Shown here: piece after piece, positions 60,699 through 64,000 of the stretch
Numbering within the stretch: the first letter of the stretch is position 1
Layout: the number at the start of each line of letters is the position of its first letter
Source: an uncultured Poribacteria bacterium
GTDB lineage: Bacteria; Poribacteria; WGA-4E; WGA-3G
Length of the DNA stretch: 64,000 bases
Direction: 5' to 3'
Assembly: GCA_951813565.1 (NCBI GenBank)
Contig: OX638351.1
Span: forward strand, 4,736,001 to 4,800,000
Program-made: the position numbers and the translations under genes
Notes under the pieces: model-generated
Told to the model about the DNA's origin: nothing
The model's database searches: none
The model's input: the letters and a program-made list of their open reading frames with translations, nothing else

Positions 60699-61439
60699 CT
60701 ATTTAGGTAAAAGCGTTTTTGAGGCAAATCCTTCGGGATCTATGATGAGCCCTTCCGTGACTCGCGTCCATAATAACCTGCTTAAATCATTTATCCGCGC
60801 TAACTTCCACCTGAACTGTTTGTATTCCTCACTCGGAGGCACCCTATCTTTATATGTGAACGCATCACTTCGCTTTGATAACTCACGACCCTTCTCATGA
60901 ATTGCCTTGTACCACGCCTCACTATCCCGAAATGCTTTTTGGCAGATCGGGTTGGTCGTGTCGTCAATGCTGTCATAGTATGTTATCAGATATGTGAAGC
61001 GTGCAATTGCTGCTGCCTCTGTGTCGTCCGGTGGGAATGGCGGTATCCATTTCGCGCTCCAGTGTCCACGTTCTTTGGCTTGCAAACGGAGTGCTTCCAC
61101 AGGATGTTTCTCTAAAAGTTCCTTGTGGTAGGTTAACGGACCAGTATATGTTTGCGGCACTAGCGCAGGTTGCGTTGTAGGCGCCTCTTGCCACTCATCA
61201 GGTGCGTCAATCGGCACTTCATGGAAATGGTCATCATGCGGCACCCACTTTTTGCCCGGTTCGGCAGGCCGTAGGTTATTTTCTGCAAGGGGGTTACGCT
61301 TTTCTTCAAGCATTTTCTCGTCCTGTGCAAGCTGTTCTTTGAGCTGCGCGACTTGTGACCACTGATAGTAGATAAAGCCACCAGCAGCAATCAGGATTAT
61401 AATGAGGGCTGCGATGCCCCAATACATTTTGCGGTTCAT
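60699..61439 (-). CDS. Membrane-anchored hypothetical protein with His-triad-like motif
   Basis: GGAGG SD, TM helix, coiled coil, VPHDDHFHEVP. Confidence 0.8.
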   Translation of the reverse strand: MNRKMYWGIAALIIILIAAGGFIYYQWSQVAQLKEQLAQDEKMLEEKRNPLAENNLRPAEPGKKWVPHDDHFHEVPIDAPDEWQEAPTTQPALVPQTYTGPLTYHKELLEKHPVEALRLQAKERGHWSAKWIPPFPPDDTEAAAIARFTYLITYYDSIDDTTNPICQKAFRDSEAWYKAIHEKGRELSKRSDAFTYKDRVPPSEEYKQFRWKLARINDLSRLLWTRVTEGLIIDPEGFASKTLLPK

Positions 61440-61697
61440 CTAACGATCCTCCTGTCTAAGATTCTTGTTATCCCTGCTGTTCGTTGTGTCCAGTGTGCAG
61501 GGCTGTCTCGGATTTGGACAAATCAAGTTCGGTTTCAGGACCCCTTGTCTCGATGTACATTCGCGTTTGAATTGTTCATCGCAAGCAGACGTATTTATCT
61601 GTGTGGCATCTATTGTGCCAAACAGCAAGAAACCGCTTCCGATGATGAATGCGAAAGTAAGAATGGAGAGAAGAAGGACTTTGTAGTCTCGTCTCAT
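61440..61697 (-). CDS. Small secreted Cys-containing peptide
   Basis: AGGAGG SD, signal peptide, 4 Cys in the mature part. Confidence 0.65.
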   Translation of the reverse strand: MRRDYKVLLLSILTFAFIIGSGFLLFGTIDATQINTSACDEQFKRECTSRQGVLKPNLICPNPRQPCTLDTTNSRDNKNLRQEDR

Positions 61698-61939
61698 CTT
61701 GTGCCTCCTCTTTATATAGAGTAGGTTAATTGTTTTGACAGACTACAGAAATAGGTGGGGAATGCCTAAAGGCGAATGCGCCAAATCAACGATCCGAATG
61801 CCCTTTGGCATTCCCCGTCCAGCATTCGCCATGATTCATACCGTTGGTTAGGTATTTGTACAGTTTTAACTATCCCTGTAGAGGCCGCTGGTCTCTAAAG
61901 TGCATTGACACTTCAGAAGGTCTCTGTTAAAATAGACAC

Positions 61940-62048
61940 CAGCGCTGTCAGACTATTCCTGGCAGTGCTTCGCATCGGCAGTGATCGGTTCACTGTCGGT
62001 GCATCTAAAAAGCACCTCCGACGTAATCCACGCAAGGCGGATTTTTTT
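61940..62048 (+). ncRNA. Candidate structured small RNA
   Basis: TTGACA-17-TAAAAT promoter at 61905-61933, two long stems with G.U pairs on this strand, terminator plus T7. Confidence 0.6.
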
Positions 62049-62062
62049 AACGTCTACAAGGT

Positions 62063-62090
62063 ATTATAGGACTTTTGCATTTTTTGTCAA
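62063..62090 (-). promoter_or_regulatory. sigma70 promoter for the 61697-59317 operon
   Basis: TTGACA-16-TATAAT on the minus strand. Confidence 0.7.
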
Positions 62091-62328
62091 CAACTTTTTT
62101 GAATTTTATCAAAAAATATAATTTACAGAGCGGACGCACAGTGGGTAAATGTCCAAAAACGCCAAATGTCAAATGCGCATGCTGCGTTGATTCCCTCCAA
62201 CAAGAGAAAAGAGTATTCATGTCAAAAACTTTACACACTCTTCCAATCGCAATCATTGCTGAATCTCTGACTTTGTGTTATAATTAAACCGAGATGACAG
62301 AAAAGATTATAGACATCAGGAGAAAGGG

Positions 62329-63489
62329 ATGACAGATAAAAAAGAAAACGGACATCGCGGCTTACCTATTTGCACGCTCGGTGCAACAGGACACGGGAAA
62401 ACGACATTGACAGCGGCGATAGCAAAGGTCGTTGCAAGAATAGGGTCAATCCGTTCAAACATCGGAAATCAATTTGAACAACAAGTGCCTTTTCACCATC
62501 CTATCCGCGAAGGGGTTAGTATTACCTATCGTGCAATTGATTACGAAACCAGCGGCAAGTTCTATTCACAGGTGGACTGTGAAACACAGTTGGATATTGT
62601 CAAATTGTTGGTTAGTCGTTCATTTGCTATCCAAGGAGCAATTTGGGTGGTGGATGCTGTTGATGGTGTTACGCAAGCGTCTGAGGAACATCTTCGCATA
62701 GCGAATCAAATAAATATGCCTACAGTAATTTCCTTTCTCAATACACGAAATATAGCAAAAGACGATGAATTGATAGATATCTGTCGCCAAGAGATGCGTG
62801 ATTTACTCACTAAATATGAATGGGAAGAACAAACCAGTCCGATAATTGTCGGTGATGCCAATAAGGCTTTGAACTATAAAGGCGATCGGATCGGTTCTGA
62901 TCAGTGGAAACCAATTGTTGATCTCATATTTGCGATGAATCGGTGTATGCCAGCACCTATCAATCCTGAAAGTTTGCCGCCGATTATGCCGATCTATGAA
63001 ATTGTTGAGGAGTTGAAGGAACGTGTAACGGTGCGTGGTGAAATTGTACAAGGACATCTTGCTGTTGGACAAGCGGTAGATATTGTTGGTAAAGGCGATC
63101 GGATAAAGACAAAGTGTCTTAGCATTAAAGAGAACGAGGTGAGTGTTGAGTCTGAACCGGATTGGTTGTCTGTTGGACAGGTGCTGTGTCCACCGAAGAC
63201 TATAAAGGCGCATTCTGAATTTACTGCTCTCATCTATCTGCTTACACAAGAAGAGAGCGGCACACATATCCCACTTATTGAGAATGATAAACCTGAAATA
63301 CACTTATGGGGTATTGATATACCATCGCGTTTACAACTTCCACCAGATTTATCAATTGTTACACCCGGCGCGAATGCCCATGTTTCATTTGTTCTTGAAT
63401 TACCGCTTGCAATGGAAGTCGGCACAACATTTGAGGTGAAGAAAATGGGATCACGGATAGGACTCGGTGTTGTGACTGCGGTTGTATAA
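62329..63489 (+). CDS. Divergent EF-Tu-like protein
   Basis: EF-Tu length and order of motifs (GHGKTTLTAAI, VDC, F.A..Y.LT.EE.G.H.P, P.A.E.G..F, G.GVV) with altered G-boxes. Confidence 0.8.
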   Translation: MTDKKENGHRGLPICTLGATGHGKTTLTAAIAKVVARIGSIRSNIGNQFEQQVPFHHPIREGVSITYRAIDYETSGKFYSQVDCETQLDIVKLLVSRSFAIQGAIWVVDAVDGVTQASEEHLRIANQINMPTVISFLNTRNIAKDDELIDICRQEMRDLLTKYEWEEQTSPIIVGDANKALNYKGDRIGSDQWKPIVDLIFAMNRCMPAPINPESLPPIMPIYEIVEELKERVTVRGEIVQGHLAVGQAVDIVGKGDRIKTKCLSIKENEVSVESEPDWLSVGQVLCPPKTIKAHSEFTALIYLLTQEESGTHIPLIENDKPEIHLWGIDIPSRLQLPPDLSIVTPGANAHVSFVLELPLAMEVGTTFEVKKMGSRIGLGVVTAVV

Positions 63490-63506
63490 TTTGCCTTTGA
63501 ATCGTA

Positions 63507-64000
63507 CTATCGCGCAGTGGTAATTGCATCACATAATGTGAGGTCACCAGTATACAAAGCACGCCCTATAATCGCGCCACTCGCACCGATTTCCTTCAAT
63601 GCTTCAACATCAGAAAGTGACGTCACCCCTCCTGAAGCGATAACATTTGCGGACACTGCTTTAATAATATCTGCAGTAGCGTCAACGTTAGGTCCTTTGA
63701 GCATACCGTCGCTTTTGATGTCGGTGTAAATAAGTGTTTGGACTTCAGCCATCTCCACAGCAAATTCAACTGCAGATTTTTGAGATACTTCTAACCATCC
63801 GTGTGTTGCGACCATACCGTCTCTCGCGTCAATACCTACAGCAATACGTTCCCCATATTTTTCACAGGCTTGTTTCACTAAACTCGGTTGCTTAAGTGCT
63901 GCAGTGCCTAAAATCACGCGGTGCACACCTAACGCCAAAACGGCTTCCAACTGCTCCATATCTCTTATACCGCCTCCAAGTTGAATAGGGATGTCAAGTA
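63507..64000 (-). CDS. hisA: Phosphoribosylformimino-5-aminoimidazole carboxamide ribotide isomerase (partial, 5' end outside the window)
   Basis: QLGGGIR, GTAA, GIDAR, GW, TDI..DG.L.GPN, IASGGV, GRALY. Confidence 0.95.
   Translation of the reverse strand, partial: LDIPIQLGGGIRDMEQLEAVLALGVHRVILGTAALKQPSLVKQACEKYGERIAVGIDARDGMVATHGWLEVSQKSAVEFAVEMAEVQTLIYTDIKSDGMLKGPNVDATADIIKAVSANVIASGGVTSLSDVEALKEIGASGAIIGRALYTGDLTLCDAITTAR

Overview
Bacterial chromosomal window, about 42% GC by eye, with ~45 genes. They include housekeeping genes (aroE, zapA-like, udk, polA, UbiD-family decarboxylase, accD, topA, ftsEX, partial hisA), three tandem Hsp20 genes behind a sigma54-type promoter, a Type III restriction-modification pair, an IS5-family element and a short tyrosine recombinase. 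Many secreted proteins are also present. Four secreted LamG/DUF1080 proteins end in a shared V(E/D)xxxKLxxxWxx(L/I)K tail; with the TPR, FG-GAP/ASPIC and sulfatase genes this suggests Candidatus Poribacteria (inference, not verified). Most notable: (1) a conserved long leader with a poly-C/poly-Pro uORF and a terminator-like hairpin in front of two unrelated secreted-protein operons, with a decayed third copy; (2) a promoter-bounded structured small RNA antisense to the leader of a third secreted-peptide operon; (3) intergenic DNA built from nested mobile layers: GTAG-type REP hairpins, at least six MITE families, and a ~30-bp AATCA(A/T) micro-hairpin unit that inserts without target duplication into REPs and into itself; (4) several catalytically degenerate paralogues (EF-Tu-like, FtsE, PolX, AAA+, Thr-type sulfatase). 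No rRNA, tRNA or CRISPR array was recognised. All calls are from reading the sequence by eye; no searches were run.
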